Positions 53,834 through 63,553 of a stretch of DNA of 64,000 nucleotides are shown here, in pieces. The stretch is from NCBI GenBank assembly GCA_029260495.1, contig JAJDDD010000009.1, forward strand, positions 434,266 to 498,265, written 5' to 3'. The stretch comes from Phycisphaerales bacterium (GTDB lineage: Bacteria > Planctomycetota > Phycisphaerae > Phycisphaerales > UBA1924). Within the stretch, counting starts at the first letter, position 1. Each line of letters opens with the position of its first letter. Both the position numbers and the translations under genes were made by a program. The notes below the pieces were generated by a model that had not been told where the DNA came from, did no database searches, and was given only the letters and a program-made list of their open reading frames with translations.

Positions 53834-54987
53834 TTCAGCAGCAGTTCTGCGATGCGGCGTCCTCCGTCGGCAGGGCCGAGCGCGCGCAGGGCTTCAGCCA
53901 TCTTGCCCCGCTTTCCAGGGTTTGTCAGGAGTTCCTGAAGCGTTTTGGCATGGGTTTCCATGTTCTTGTCGCCGGCGATTTCGTCGTGGGCGATGATGAC
54001 GCCTCCTCGGCTGGCGAGCGGCTGGGCGTTTAGGCGTTGATGTTCGTCGCTGTGATATGGGTACGGGAGAAGCAAGGCCGGGGTGACGCTGGCCCAGATT
54101 TCCGCGATGGTTCCGGCGCCGCAGCGGGCGATGGAAAGGTCTGCTGCCGCCCATGCGGACGGCATATCGTCGATGAACTCGGTGACGATGGCGCGAAGGT
54201 CTGCTTGCTCGTATGTCTCGCGGAGGTGAGAAATATTGGCGCCGGCGCCTGTCTGGTGGAGAATCTGCCAGTCGGCGAGCGTTTGCTTTCTCTCGCGTAC
54301 GAATGCTGAGAGAAAATCATTGATCGATCGGGCGCCCTGGCTGCCTCCTGTGATGAGGAGTGTTGGTTTGTTCTCGTCGAGGCCGAAGGATTGGCGGGCC
54401 TGGGCGACGGTTCGGGAACCGGCAGCAGCGTCGCGAACAATGGGTGGGACAGCGATTGTCTTGCTCACTGATCGCGCTTGCCAGGCGAGGTCGCCATCGA
54501 TCGCCGCGGCGGGTGAGGCGTCGATGAGTGTGTGCGCGCGGCGGGCGATGAATCGGCTCGCGAGCCCGAGCCTGGCGTCGAGGTTGATCGCGACGAGCCG
54601 GCAGCGCTCTGCGCGGGCTGCCTGCGCCGCTGGAGCTGCGACAAAGCCACCGAGCGAGACGAGCAATGGCGACAGATTGCGATCTTTGAGCGATCGCAGC
54701 GCTGCCCGGGTTTTTCTGACGCTTGGTCCCCAGGATCGGGCGAGGCGCCAGACTCCTCTCGGCGTGGCGCGCAACGGCTGAGCGGGAAGGGGGTCAAATA
54801 TTTCGTTGTGTGCGGAGAGAATCTGATGATCAATAGTGCGCGTTGAGCAGAGGAACTGGATGTTGGTTGTGGCGTCGAGCAGTCGGATTTGTTCAGCGAT
54901 GGCGAGAGCTGGAAAGATGTGTCCGCCGCTTCCACCGCCGGCGAAGATGATGGCGACGCCTTTTTTTTCACCATCATCCGTGTTCAT
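53830..54987 (-). CDS. murG: Undecaprenyldiphospho-muramoylpentapeptide beta-N-acetylglucosaminyltransferase MurG
   Basis: FAGGGSGGHIFPALAIA N-terminal motif. ATGA overlap with upstream ftsW. Confidence 0.8.
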   Translation of the reverse strand: MNTDDGEKKGVAIIFAGGGSGGHIFPALAIAEQIRLLDATTNIQFLCSTRTIDHQILSAHNEIFDPLPAQPLRATPRGVWRLARSWGPSVRKTRAALRSLKDRNLSPLLVSLGGFVAAPAAQAARAERCRLVAINLDARLGLASRFIARRAHTLIDASPAAAIDGDLAWQARSVSKTIAVPPIVRDAAAGSRTVAQARQSFGLDENKPTLLITGGSQGARSINDFLSAFVRERKQTLADWQILHQTGAGANISHLRETYEQADLRAIVTEFIDDMPSAWAAADLSIARCGAGTIAEIWASVTPALLLPYPYHSDEHQRLNAQPLASRGGVIIAHDEIAGDKNMETHAKTLQELLTNPGKRGKMAEALRALGPADGGRRIAELLLK

Positions 54988-56360
54988 TCGTCGACCGCGC
55001 GCAGCAGGGCGTCTTGACGATCGAGCATGGCGCGAGCGGTCCCGGGCCTGACGATCACCTCAACGAGCGGCTCATTTTCCTCGAAGTCTACAGATCTGGT
55101 TCGCGCTTCGTCTTCAGCTTCCGGACTAGCTGAGAGCGTCTGCGCCGCCTGGCGGTAGTCGATTGCGACGAGCAGGCCGAGCGCTCCGGCGGTCAGGATC
55201 CAGCCCGTGCCTCCGGCGCTCATGAGGGGGAGCGCGATTCCCTTGGTCGGGCCGAGCCCGGTGACGACCATCAGGTTCATGAGTGCCTGAAGTCCGACGG
55301 TTGAAATCACGCCCAGGCCGATCAAGCGCAGCGTCTGTGAGCGTTCGGATCGCACGATAGTCCAGCCGGACCAGAGCAGCGTGAGGTAGAGGAAAATCAC
55401 AACGCTTGCGCCGGCGAGGCCGAGCTCTTCGCAGATGACGGCGAAGAGGAAGTCGCTTTCGTCGGCGGGGAGGTAGCCGAATTTTTGCAAGCCGAAGCCA
55501 AGCCCGCGTCCAAACCCGCCTCCGTTGGAGATCGCAACCATGGACTGGATCATGTGATAGCCAGCGTCCTGGGGGCTGGCGAAGGGATCAAGGAAGGCGG
55601 TGAGGCGCTGGAGGCGGTAGGGGCGTGTGATCACGGCTGCGACGAGCCCGAGGACAGCGATGGGGGAGAGCGCGACAAAGTGGACCAGTCTGGCTCCAGC
55701 GGAGAGGAGCACGATCGCGCTGGTGAGGGCGATGAGGGTCGCGGTGCCGAGATCTTCCAGTGTAATGAGGCATGCGAGCAGCCCCACCGCGATGATCGCC
55801 GGTGTGAGCCCGGGCCAGAAGGATTGGAGCTTTCGTCCCTGGGAAGCGGCGTAGGCGCCAAGGGCGATGAGCAAACCCCACTTGGCGATCTCGCTTGGCT
55901 GGATCGTCACGACGCCGAAACCCGGGATGGAAGCGCCGAGCCATCTGCGGGCGCCGTTGAGCTCGACGCCGAGCATCGGAACGTAGACGAGCAAGCAGAC
56001 GCCTGCGAGAAGTCCAGCAGCAAGCAGGAGGGCTATCGGGTTGCCGAGCGAGCGTGTGATCCACTCGAGGGGCAGGCGCGACATTAGCAGCAACGTGAGG
56101 GCTGATGCGAGCAGGTAGATCGTTTGTCGTGACCGGAGAAGGGAGCCGATGGAGAGGGCGCTATCAGCGCCGATCGTCAGCCCTGCACTTGTGACCATGA
56201 CAGCCCCAAGGCTGAGCAGCGCTAGTGCGCACAAAATTACCGCGTGCCCCGGGCGCATATGCGAAGCATCATCGGATTGCAGGGCGGTCAGGCTGCACCG
56301 ATTGGGAATGGCAGCGTGAATCGCGATCGGTTTAGTCCTCGGGCACGCCGATGTCCTCAT
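54984..56360 (-). CDS. ftsW: FtsW/RodA (SEDS) family peptidoglycan glycosyltransferase, FtsW by context
   Basis: 10 TM helices and SEDS motifs. An alternative start at 56258 (MRPGHAV) gives a typical short N-terminus. Confidence 0.75.
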   Translation of the reverse strand: MRTSACPRTKPIAIHAAIPNRCSLTALQSDDASHMRPGHAVILCALALLSLGAVMVTSAGLTIGADSALSIGSLLRSRQTIYLLASALTLLLMSRLPLEWITRSLGNPIALLLAAGLLAGVCLLVYVPMLGVELNGARRWLGASIPGFGVVTIQPSEIAKWGLLIALGAYAASQGRKLQSFWPGLTPAIIAVGLLACLITLEDLGTATLIALTSAIVLLSAGARLVHFVALSPIAVLGLVAAVITRPYRLQRLTAFLDPFASPQDAGYHMIQSMVAISNGGGFGRGLGFGLQKFGYLPADESDFLFAVICEELGLAGASVVIFLYLTLLWSGWTIVRSERSQTLRLIGLGVISTVGLQALMNLMVVTGLGPTKGIALPLMSAGGTGWILTAGALGLLVAIDYRQAAQTLSASPEAEDEARTRSVDFEENEPLVEVIVRPGTARAMLDRQDALLRAVDE

Positions 56361-56793
56361 TCCAGAGATCCGGGCGTTCGGCGATGAAAGCCGTCATGAG
56401 TGCGATACAGCGAGGATCATTGAGGACATGTACCTCGATGCCGTGTTCGAGCATCAGGTCTTCAGCCCCCATGAATGTCTTGTGCTCGCCGATGATGACA
56501 CGAGGGACGCGGTGCAGCAGGGCGGTCCCGGTGCACATGATGCATGGGCTGAGTGTGGAGGCGAGGGTGAGTGTGTGCCAGTCCCTGCGGCGGCCTGCTC
56601 TTCGGATGCAGGAGACTTCAGCGTGGGCGGTGGTGTCGCCGGTCTGGACGCGCTCATTGTGGCCGGCGGCGATGATGACGCCATCTGGCGATCCGAGGGC
56701 GGAGCCGATTGGAATCCCGCCTTCTCGCTGTGATTTGATCGCCTGCTCTAGTGCAGCGTCGAGCAGTTCGCCGTCGAAGGCTGTGAGAGCCAT
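56332..56793 (-). CDS. Cytidine/deoxycytidylate-type nucleoside (tRNA adenosine / guanine) deaminase
   Basis: HAE...PCIMCTG zinc-binding motifs. AGGAGG RBS. Confidence 0.75.
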   Translation of the reverse strand: MALTAFDGELLDAALEQAIKSQREGGIPIGSALGSPDGVIIAAGHNERVQTGDTTAHAEVSCIRRAGRRRDWHTLTLASTLSPCIMCTGTALLHRVPRVIIGEHKTFMGAEDLMLEHGIEVHVLNDPRCIALMTAFIAERPDLWNEDIGVPED

Positions 56794-56853
56794 TCTTTAT
56801 CCTCCTTTTTCGACACAGCGGAATGGGCTGAATGCCGCCCTACAATCTACGCG

Positions 56854-57312
56854 ATGGCTGATGAGCAAGAGTGGTATGCCGACGGATTGAAGTTTGAATG
56901 CACGATGTGCGGCGCGTGCTGCACGGGGCGCCCGGGGTACGTTGCGTTTACGGACGAGGAGGCGCGGGGAATCGCCAAGCGGCTGGGCATCAGCGTGGCG
57001 GCGTTCTACCGCGATTATGCGCATGAGACGGAGATGGGGTGGTCGTTTACGGAAGTGCACACAGAGCACGGGCATGATTGCGTGTTTCTGGACCGGGAGT
57101 CGATGCCGGGGAAGGCGGTGTGCAGCCTGTATGAAGCGCGGCCGCTTCAATGCAGGACTTTTCCGTGGTGGCCTGAAAATTTGAAGAGTCAGCGGACGTG
57201 GCGCGAGGTTGGGCAGGAGTGTGAGGGGATTGGTCGCGGCGATTTTGTGCCGATCCAGCAGATTCGCATCCAGCGGGATCTGCATCGCAATGAGGATGGC
57301 GATGGCGTCTGA
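56854..57312 (+). CDS. YkgJ-like Zn/Fe-chelating CxxCxxCC domain protein
   Basis: CTMCGACC cluster plus additional conserved Cys residues. A TACAAT sits 8 nt before the ATG. Confidence 0.6.
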   Translation: MADEQEWYADGLKFECTMCGACCTGRPGYVAFTDEEARGIAKRLGISVAAFYRDYAHETEMGWSFTEVHTEHGHDCVFLDRESMPGKAVCSLYEARPLQCRTFPWWPENLKSQRTWREVGQECEGIGRGDFVPIQQIRIQRDLHRNEDGDGV

Positions 57313-57832
57313 GGTGCGCGCATGGCTTGCGTCGGCGCGAGATGTGCGCATCGCGGCGGAGCTGGAGGCGGTCTACGCGGAGGCGGCTGAAGAGACTATT
57401 CGGCGCGGTCCGGCGTGCTGGGCGTCGGGACGCTGTTGCAACTTTGAAAAAACAGGTCACCTCCTTTATGTGACGGGACTCGAAGCGGCGTACACAGTTG
57501 TGCGTTTATCGACTTCGGAAAAAGAGGCGGCGACCGGGGCGCTTGGGGACATGCGGCTGCCCGTGCTTGAGACTGGAAAGCTTGTCGCGGCGACGAATCA
57601 CGACGGGTGTCCGTTTCAGTCAGCCAACATTTGCACGGTGCATACGATCAAGCCACTGGGATGCCGACTTTATTTTTGTGATCGATCTGCACAAGACTGG
57701 CAGCACGAAGCGCTTGAACGTCTTCATCGGCGCATTCGCCTGCTTCATGATGAGCACTCGATTCCGTATTCCTATGGCGAATGGCGCAGCATGCTTGCGC
57801 TGCTGGGCGATGAGGATGGACTCACTTTTTGA
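57302..57832 (+). CDS. Second YkgJ-like Cys-rich protein (paralogous architecture)
   Basis: ACWASGRCCNF and GCPF...CTVH...GCRLYFC clusters. Start uncertain between 57284 and 57302. Confidence 0.5.
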   Translation: MASEVRAWLASARDVRIAAELEAVYAEAAEETIRRGPACWASGRCCNFEKTGHLLYVTGLEAAYTVVRLSTSEKEAATGALGDMRLPVLETGKLVAATNHDGCPFQSANICTVHTIKPLGCRLYFCDRSAQDWQHEALERLHRRIRLLHDEHSIPYSYGEWRSMLALLGDEDGLTF

Positions 57833-57848
57833 GAAACATCGGTTGTCT

Positions 57849-58670
57849 CTACAGGCCGGCCATCAACGTTGTGCGCACATGCTCGTGCAGTGCGGCGTTT
57901 GTCCCGACGGCGCCGCCGGTTTCAATGGATTTCCCGCCTGAAAAGTCTTGAAATGTGCCTCCCGCTTCCTCGATCATGACTGCGAAGGGCGCGATGTCCC
58001 ATGTTTGGACGCCGGCTTCGAGCCAGGCTTCGGCTCTGCCGTCAAGAAGCATGGAGCACCCGGCGAGATCGTTTCCGGCGATGGTGTAGCTTGCGGTTTC
58101 GATCAGCTTGAGGACGCCTGCGCGATGCGGGCCGGCGAGCAAACGCGAGATGGAGCCGAGGCTCAGATTCGAGCGCGACCAGTCGGTTTCGCTGGAGACA
58201 CTGACGCGCTTGCCGTTGCGCCAGCAGCCGAGCCCACGTCCGGCCCAGTAGGCGACACTCTGTGTCGGCAGGCCCATCGCGCCGGCGATGACCTCGCCGT
58301 TGTGCTGGAGTGCGATGAGCGGTCCCCAGAAAGGCAGCCCGCGCGCAAAGCGATGTGTGCCATCAAGGGGATCGACGATCCAGCGGGTATTGGGGTCACC
58401 TTCATGCAGGCCGGTTTCTTCAGCGAAGATGGTGTGGCGGGGAAAGGCCGCGTGAATCGTTTCGACGATGACACGCTCTGACTCGCGGTCAGCGGTTGTC
58501 ACGGGCGTGCCGTCAGTTTTCCAGTCAACATCAAAGGAAGCGCTGTGAAAGGAGTGAAGCTGTATTTCACCTGCGCGCTGGGTGGCGAGGCGGGCGATTT
58601 CCATCGTGCGCTGTACAAAGTCCGTATCTGCTGGCGCCGCCATAGTTAGAACCCCGCCAACTGGAGCCAT
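57849..58670 (-). CDS. Inositol monophosphatase family protein
   Basis: IVDPLDGT and WDIAPFAVMIEEAGG motifs. Confidence 0.8.
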   Translation of the reverse strand: MAPVGGVLTMAAPADTDFVQRTMEIARLATQRAGEIQLHSFHSASFDVDWKTDGTPVTTADRESERVIVETIHAAFPRHTIFAEETGLHEGDPNTRWIVDPLDGTHRFARGLPFWGPLIALQHNGEVIAGAMGLPTQSVAYWAGRGLGCWRNGKRVSVSSETDWSRSNLSLGSISRLLAGPHRAGVLKLIETASYTIAGNDLAGCSMLLDGRAEAWLEAGVQTWDIAPFAVMIEEAGGTFQDFSGGKSIETGGAVGTNAALHEHVRTTLMAGL

Positions 58671-59311
58671 TCAGAGGGCGCTGTGTCCATGGCTGAGGCG
58701 ATGACAAGCAGCGATTCGAGGCTGGGAAGGTGGGCGCCTCGCTCGATGGAGCTGAGCTGACTGACGCTGACGCCGCTGTGCTCGCTGAGATCCTTGAGGG
58801 TCCAGCCGCGAGCAGTGCGAGCCAGGCGCACCTGCCTGCCCAGCGCCGCGCGCAGGCGATCCTGAGGGAGCCCACCGAGGTTGAAATCGGTGGCAGCCTG
58901 ATGGAGCGTCCCGCGCAGCTCCTCGAGAGAAAAGGGCTTGGCGAGGTAGTCGAAGACATCGCGTTTGAAGGTTTGCCGCATCGTTTCGAGCGATGGATAT
59001 CCGGTGACAACGATGACACAGAGTTTGGACCAGCGTTCACGAATCCGCGCGAGCACTTCTTCGCCGGTGTGCTTGCCCATTTTGATATCGAGGAGCACGA
59101 CCTCCGGGAGTCTCTCCTCGCACATTTGGTAGAACTCGGTCGGGGTCGCTGCGACGCGCACGTCGTGGCCTTCGTGTTCGAGGACGCTGCGGACGTAGTC
59201 ACGGAAATCTGCGTCGTCATCGAGCGCAATGATGGCTAAGTGCGCTGGTGCGGCGGCGCCGCTGTTCGTCGATGAGCCGGCTTCGGGATGAGGCGAAGGA
59301 TCCGCCGTCAT
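58646..59311 (-). CDS. Response regulator with an N-terminal REC domain and a C-terminal XRE-type HTH
   Basis: DDDADF...LLDIKMGKHTG...VTGY receiver. LARTARGWTLKDLSEHSGVSVSQLSSIERG HTH_XRE. ATGA-coupled to the upstream histidine kinase. Confidence 0.7.
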   Translation of the reverse strand: MTADPSPHPEAGSSTNSGAAAPAHLAIIALDDDADFRDYVRSVLEHEGHDVRVAATPTEFYQMCEERLPEVVLLDIKMGKHTGEEVLARIRERWSKLCVIVVTGYPSLETMRQTFKRDVFDYLAKPFSLEELRGTLHQAATDFNLGGLPQDRLRAALGRQVRLARTARGWTLKDLSEHSGVSVSQLSSIERGAHLPSLESLLVIASAMDTAPSEWLQLAGF

Positions 59312-60849
59312 GTCTTGATCGCTGCTCCCGTCTTGCTGATGGTTTCATCGAGATGCTCGAGGGCGGCGCCCTGGACGGGCAGCATAACCTCGAAGACCGC
59401 TCCGCCCGTCGGCGCGTTTCGTGCGAGGAGCACGCCGCCGTGCTCGCGGACGATTCCCTCGGCGACGGCGAGCCCGAGGCCTGTGCCGTGCGCATCGAGG
59501 CGGGTGCTGGTGAAAGGCTCGAATAGCCGGGGGAGGACATCGGGATCAATCCCCGGCCCGTCGTCAGCGCATCTGATGGTCACCCACTCGCATTCATCGC
59601 GGTGCTCGTGTTCGGCGGCGATAACAATCTTGCCGTCGCCATTCATTGCGTCCGCGGCATTGCGGAGCAGGTTGACAAAGACCTGCGTGAGCCGATCTTC
59701 ATCGCCGATCACCTCGGCGCCTGAGGGGACTTCATTGACAAGCTCGACGTCGCGCGCCTCCCGATCGATGCGCACGAGTGTCCACGCCTCCTCGATAATC
59801 GTGCGCAGATCCACCGGCGACTGCTCGGGCGGGCGCACGCGGGCAAAGTCCAGGAGGCTCTCGCTCAGTCGCTCGAGGCGATGGACTACGCGCTGCATCA
59901 GGGCGGCCTGAGCGGGATCCACGCCGGCGCCTGGATTTTCAGCCAGCCTTTCCACCGACCCCTTCAACACGGCGAGCGGCGTGTTCAGCTCATGCGCGAG
60001 CCCAGCAGAAAGCAGGCCGAGACTGACGAGACGGTCTTGATCGGCCATGTTTCGCTTAGCGGTTTCAAGGAGATGATTCTTGCGTTTGAGATCCATCGCG
60101 ACGTCTTCGAGCTGGTCCAGGGCTTCTGCCAGAGCGCGCTCGTGCTCGCGAATATTCATGATGGATTCATTGCGCGATCGCATGATCTCGCCGAGCTCGT
60201 CGGCGGGGATGGCGGCCTCGGGAATTAGCTCGTGATCTCGATCGCCCGACTGTACAGCGAGGTCGGCGGCGAGCAGGCGACGGATCGGGCCGTACACCTG
60301 CCTGGGCAGCACGAAGACCTCGAGCGTCGCCGCGATCAGGAAGTACACACCGACAACGGCGGCAACGACCAGCAGATACAGGCGCAGGACCGCCGCACGA
60401 GCCGCGCTGGCGCGGACGGAGGCTTCGAAGAACTCTTCGCGGTCGGCGTCCCACATGACTGCGCGAGGCCAGCCGGCCGCTGTCTTGCCTATGACCACAT
60501 CATTGGCACTGGCGCGGGCGCGGCTTGCAAGCTCAGGAGGCAAGTCGAGCGCGGCGGCCGGGCCGGTGTTTGTCGTAATAGTTTCGCGCAGTGATGACAG
60601 GCTCTGGCTCGCAGGATCAACTGCGAGCAGGCGCACAGCGAGTGTGCAACTGACCTCTTCGCTTTGTGCGACGACATCACGAATCGCAGGCCTTTCTGCG
60701 AGAAAGAGGACGAGGGCGAGCGTGATCGAGAAGCCTGTGTGCAGTAGAATCAGCTTCTTCCGAATGCGCATTCCTCTGAGGATGCTCACAGCCGGCGGCC
60801 TTGTTCCGGGTCGGCATTGAGCTGCGTCCTGGCTGGGAAGGGTGTTCAC
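59308..60849 (-). CDS. Sensor histidine kinase
   Basis: H-box LAHELNTPL. HATPase N, G1 and G2 boxes (DDGPGI, GTGLGLAVA). N-terminal TM region. An alternative start is 60771. Confidence 0.8.
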   Translation of the reverse strand: MNTLPSQDAAQCRPGTRPPAVSILRGMRIRKKLILLHTGFSITLALVLFLAERPAIRDVVAQSEEVSCTLAVRLLAVDPASQSLSSLRETITTNTGPAAALDLPPELASRARASANDVVIGKTAAGWPRAVMWDADREEFFEASVRASAARAAVLRLYLLVVAAVVGVYFLIAATLEVFVLPRQVYGPIRRLLAADLAVQSGDRDHELIPEAAIPADELGEIMRSRNESIMNIREHERALAEALDQLEDVAMDLKRKNHLLETAKRNMADQDRLVSLGLLSAGLAHELNTPLAVLKGSVERLAENPGAGVDPAQAALMQRVVHRLERLSESLLDFARVRPPEQSPVDLRTIIEEAWTLVRIDREARDVELVNEVPSGAEVIGDEDRLTQVFVNLLRNAADAMNGDGKIVIAAEHEHRDECEWVTIRCADDGPGIDPDVLPRLFEPFTSTRLDAHGTGLGLAVAEGIVREHGGVLLARNAPTGGAVFEVMLPVQGAALEHLDETISKTGAAIKT

Positions 60850-60901
60850 AGTGCTTGAATGGTACTCAATGATATGGAGGGGCTCGCTGAATAAGTTTGG
60901 T

Positions 60902-61645
60902 TTACGTCAGCACGATCACAGTGCCGGCGCCGATGCCTGCGATGAATAGCAGGGCGAGGATCCAGAGAGCCAATGTGTGCACGCGTCGAGCTCGTTTGGC
61001 CGTTCGCATGCGAACGATGAAATCATCCGCGTCAAGCCCCAGCGCCGCGGCGCGGAGGTCAGCGACGGCCCGATTGTGTCGCTCGTCCAGTTCGCGCTCC
61101 ATGATTTTGCGAGCTTCCTGGGCGTGACGAACGACTGCCTGCTTGGAGCAATCCATCGCCCGCGCCATCTCCAGTACGTTTTTTCCATCAATCTCTGTGA
61201 GAATCCATGCTTCCATGAGCTGGCGTTTGATCGCGTGGAGCACCATCGACGCGCGGGCGGCTTCGCCTGTCATGAGCGGCTGGTTGAGAGCCGGGCGCCC
61301 GGGGGCTGCGGGTGTCACCTGCCGACCCCAGGTTGGAACGGGGTCAGGGCGCTCGATTTCATCGGTCTCGGCGCTCTGGCGCGAAGCGGCGTGGGCAGAG
61401 CGAAAATCTTTGAGGCGCAGGTGAATCTTTCGCTTTCGTGGGGCTCGGCGGGAGGCCGCGTCTGAGCGCATCGTCTCGCGCGTTCGAAGGATGATGAGCC
61501 GATCCAGGTGATCGGCTGAGGGCAGCGCGGATAAGTCCGTGTTTCTGGTGATATCCCCAATGAGCCACTCTGCGACGGCAGTGTCACCCGTCAGGAGGAC
61601 GGCCAGCCGCCACGCACGTCGGATTGCTGCTTCTTCTGCTCGCAT
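60902..61645 (-). CDS. ECF-sigma-like HTH protein with a C-terminal TM anchor. Function uncertain.
   Basis: LMEAWILTEIDGKNVLEMARAMDCSKQAVVRHAQEARKIM resembles sigma-70 region 4. C-terminal LALWILALLFIAGIGAGTVIVL helix. Confidence 0.35.
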   Translation of the reverse strand: MRAEEAAIRRAWRLAVLLTGDTAVAEWLIGDITRNTDLSALPSADHLDRLIILRTRETMRSDAASRRAPRKRKIHLRLKDFRSAHAASRQSAETDEIERPDPVPTWGRQVTPAAPGRPALNQPLMTGEAARASMVLHAIKRQLMEAWILTEIDGKNVLEMARAMDCSKQAVVRHAQEARKIMERELDERHNRAVADLRAAALGLDADDFIVRMRTAKRARRVHTLALWILALLFIAGIGAGTVIVLT

Positions 61646-61750
61646 GGCGCCATTGTCACGCGCCGAGCGTGAGCTTGCACTAGGCTTTGCCCGGTCGGCT
61701 GGAAAAGTCGTTCCTTTTGGACTTCCTTCGTCTCCCCTGCAGGTTTCTTT

Positions 61751-62746
61751 TTGATGGCACGCCGCAAGCTTCTGGTCATAGTGATGTGCACGCTGCTGCT
61801 GGCGGGCTTGGTGCTGCTGCGTCTGGCGCTGGCGCCGGACATTGTGAACGGGGGAGCGAGCATCGAGTTTCCAATGGAAGGACAGGATTGGTCGCTGCGG
61901 GGGGCGCGGGTGGCGAGCGCGCTTACCGTTGGGACGGCGCTGGCGGTCGCGGGCGTATTGCTACAGGCTCTGCTGCGCAATCCGCTGGCTGCTCCGAGTG
62001 TGCTGGGGCTGACATCTGGCGCGAGTTTGGGAGTTGTAATCTCGCTGTACGTTGGTTTTCTTGTGACGGGTCAGCTGAACGTGTATCACCGGCCGGTGGT
62101 CCCGGCTCTTATCGGCGCGTTCGCCACGCTTGCGATCGTGTACACGCTGGGGCAGCGGCGGGGGCTTATCCATCCCGTGTCGCTGATTCTGGTCGGGGTG
62201 GTGATCAGTGTGATCTGTGGAGCGGCGATTGAGTTCATCCAGCAACTGCTTCCGGATCGCGGCTGGACGGTCGCGATGCAGTGGCGTCTTGGGGCGATTT
62301 CTGACGATCTTTCCTGGACGTTCATTTTGATCGCTGCGGCGATGACACTTGTTCTGGTGGGTGTTTCGGTGGCGCTGGCGCCGGCGCTGGATGCGATGTC
62401 GCTTGGCGATGATGAGGCGATCGCAGTGGGGACGCCGCTTGGGCAGGTTCGGATGATTTGCTTTGGGATTGCGGGGATTTTGGCGACGATCGCGGTGGCG
62501 GTCGCGGGGCCGATCGGCTTTGTTGGGTTGATTTGTCCGCATGTTGTGCGCGTGCTGGCGGGTCCGTCGCATCGGTCGCTGCTCATCGGAGCGGCACTGG
62601 CGGGTCCGTGTCTGGTGATCGCTGCGGATGTGCTGGTGCGCGCGATTGATCTTGGCGCCGGACGGATGCCGATTGGCGTGTTGACGGCGATGGTGGGGGG
62701 GCCGCTTTTTCTTCTGTTGATCCGCCGTGGGTTTGTTCTGAAATGA
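61751..62746 (+). CDS. Iron-chelate/B12-type ABC transporter permease (FecCD family)
   Basis: Polytopic with FecCD motifs, including C-terminal GGPLFLLLIRRG. Confidence 0.8.
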   Translation: MMARRKLLVIVMCTLLLAGLVLLRLALAPDIVNGGASIEFPMEGQDWSLRGARVASALTVGTALAVAGVLLQALLRNPLAAPSVLGLTSGASLGVVISLYVGFLVTGQLNVYHRPVVPALIGAFATLAIVYTLGQRRGLIHPVSLILVGVVISVICGAAIEFIQQLLPDRGWTVAMQWRLGAISDDLSWTFILIAAAMTLVLVGVSVALAPALDAMSLGDDEAIAVGTPLGQVRMICFGIAGILATIAVAVAGPIGFVGLICPHVVRVLAGPSHRSLLIGAALAGPCLVIAADVLVRAIDLGAGRMPIGVLTAMVGGPLFLLLIRRGFVLK

Positions 62747-63546
62747 CAATGCGCTTTGACAATGTGAGTTTCAGCTACCGCGCGGGGTTGCCGGTGTTGC
62801 GTGATGTTTCATTCGAGTTTGAGCCGGGCGCGGTGACAGCGATTGTTGGCCCGAATGGCGCGGGGAAGTCGACGCTGATGCGCCTGGCGATTGCGGCGCT
62901 GGCGCCAGACTCGGGAGCTGTTGTGCTCGACGGAGCGCCATTGCGGCAGATCAAGGCGCGCGCACGTGCGCGGCGCCTTGCGTATATCGCGCAGCAGCCC
63001 GAGGTCGCCTTCGCGTTTACGGTTCGGGAGGTCATCTCGCTAGGCCGGCACGCCCTGCCTCGATCTGATGCGGCCATCGAGAGTGCGCTTACCGCATTCT
63101 CTATCGAGTCGCTCGCGGAATCGCCTTTTCACAAACTCAGCGTCGGTCAGCAGCAGATGACGGCGTGTGCGCGGGCTCTGGCCCAGCTTGATGCGCAGGC
63201 AGATGACCTGACGGGCAAGATTTTGCTGGCGGATGAGCCCGCGTCCGCGATGGATCCGAAGCATGCCCTGCGCACGCTGGAGCTGTTTCGATCGCTGGCT
63301 CGCAGAGGGTTGGCGGTGGGCGTGGTGCTGCATGATCTGACTATGGGGCGCCGATTTGCGGATCGGGCGATCGCGCTGGACTCTGACGGCAGGATTGCAG
63401 CGACGGGCGACGCTGCGAGTGTTTTGGCGCCGAAGACGCTGGGCGAGCTCTTTCGAGTGACGTTCCTTGAAGCGAGCACGGAGGCGGGCGTGGTGCTCAC
63501 TCCCACACTTTCAACGCTCCCGGCGCCGGAAGAGCCGATAGAATGA
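62743..63546 (+). CDS. ABC transporter ATP-binding protein (FecE/BtuD-like)
   Basis: Walker A GPNGAGKST, signature LSVGQQQM, Walker B LLADEPASAMD. ATGA overlap with the permease. Confidence 0.85.
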   Translation: MTMRFDNVSFSYRAGLPVLRDVSFEFEPGAVTAIVGPNGAGKSTLMRLAIAALAPDSGAVVLDGAPLRQIKARARARRLAYIAQQPEVAFAFTVREVISLGRHALPRSDAAIESALTAFSIESLAESPFHKLSVGQQQMTACARALAQLDAQADDLTGKILLADEPASAMDPKHALRTLELFRSLARRGLAVGVVLHDLTMGRRFADRAIALDSDGRIAATGDAASVLAPKTLGELFRVTFLEASTEAGVVLTPTLSTLPAPEEPIE

Positions 63547-63553
63547 ATCGCAC

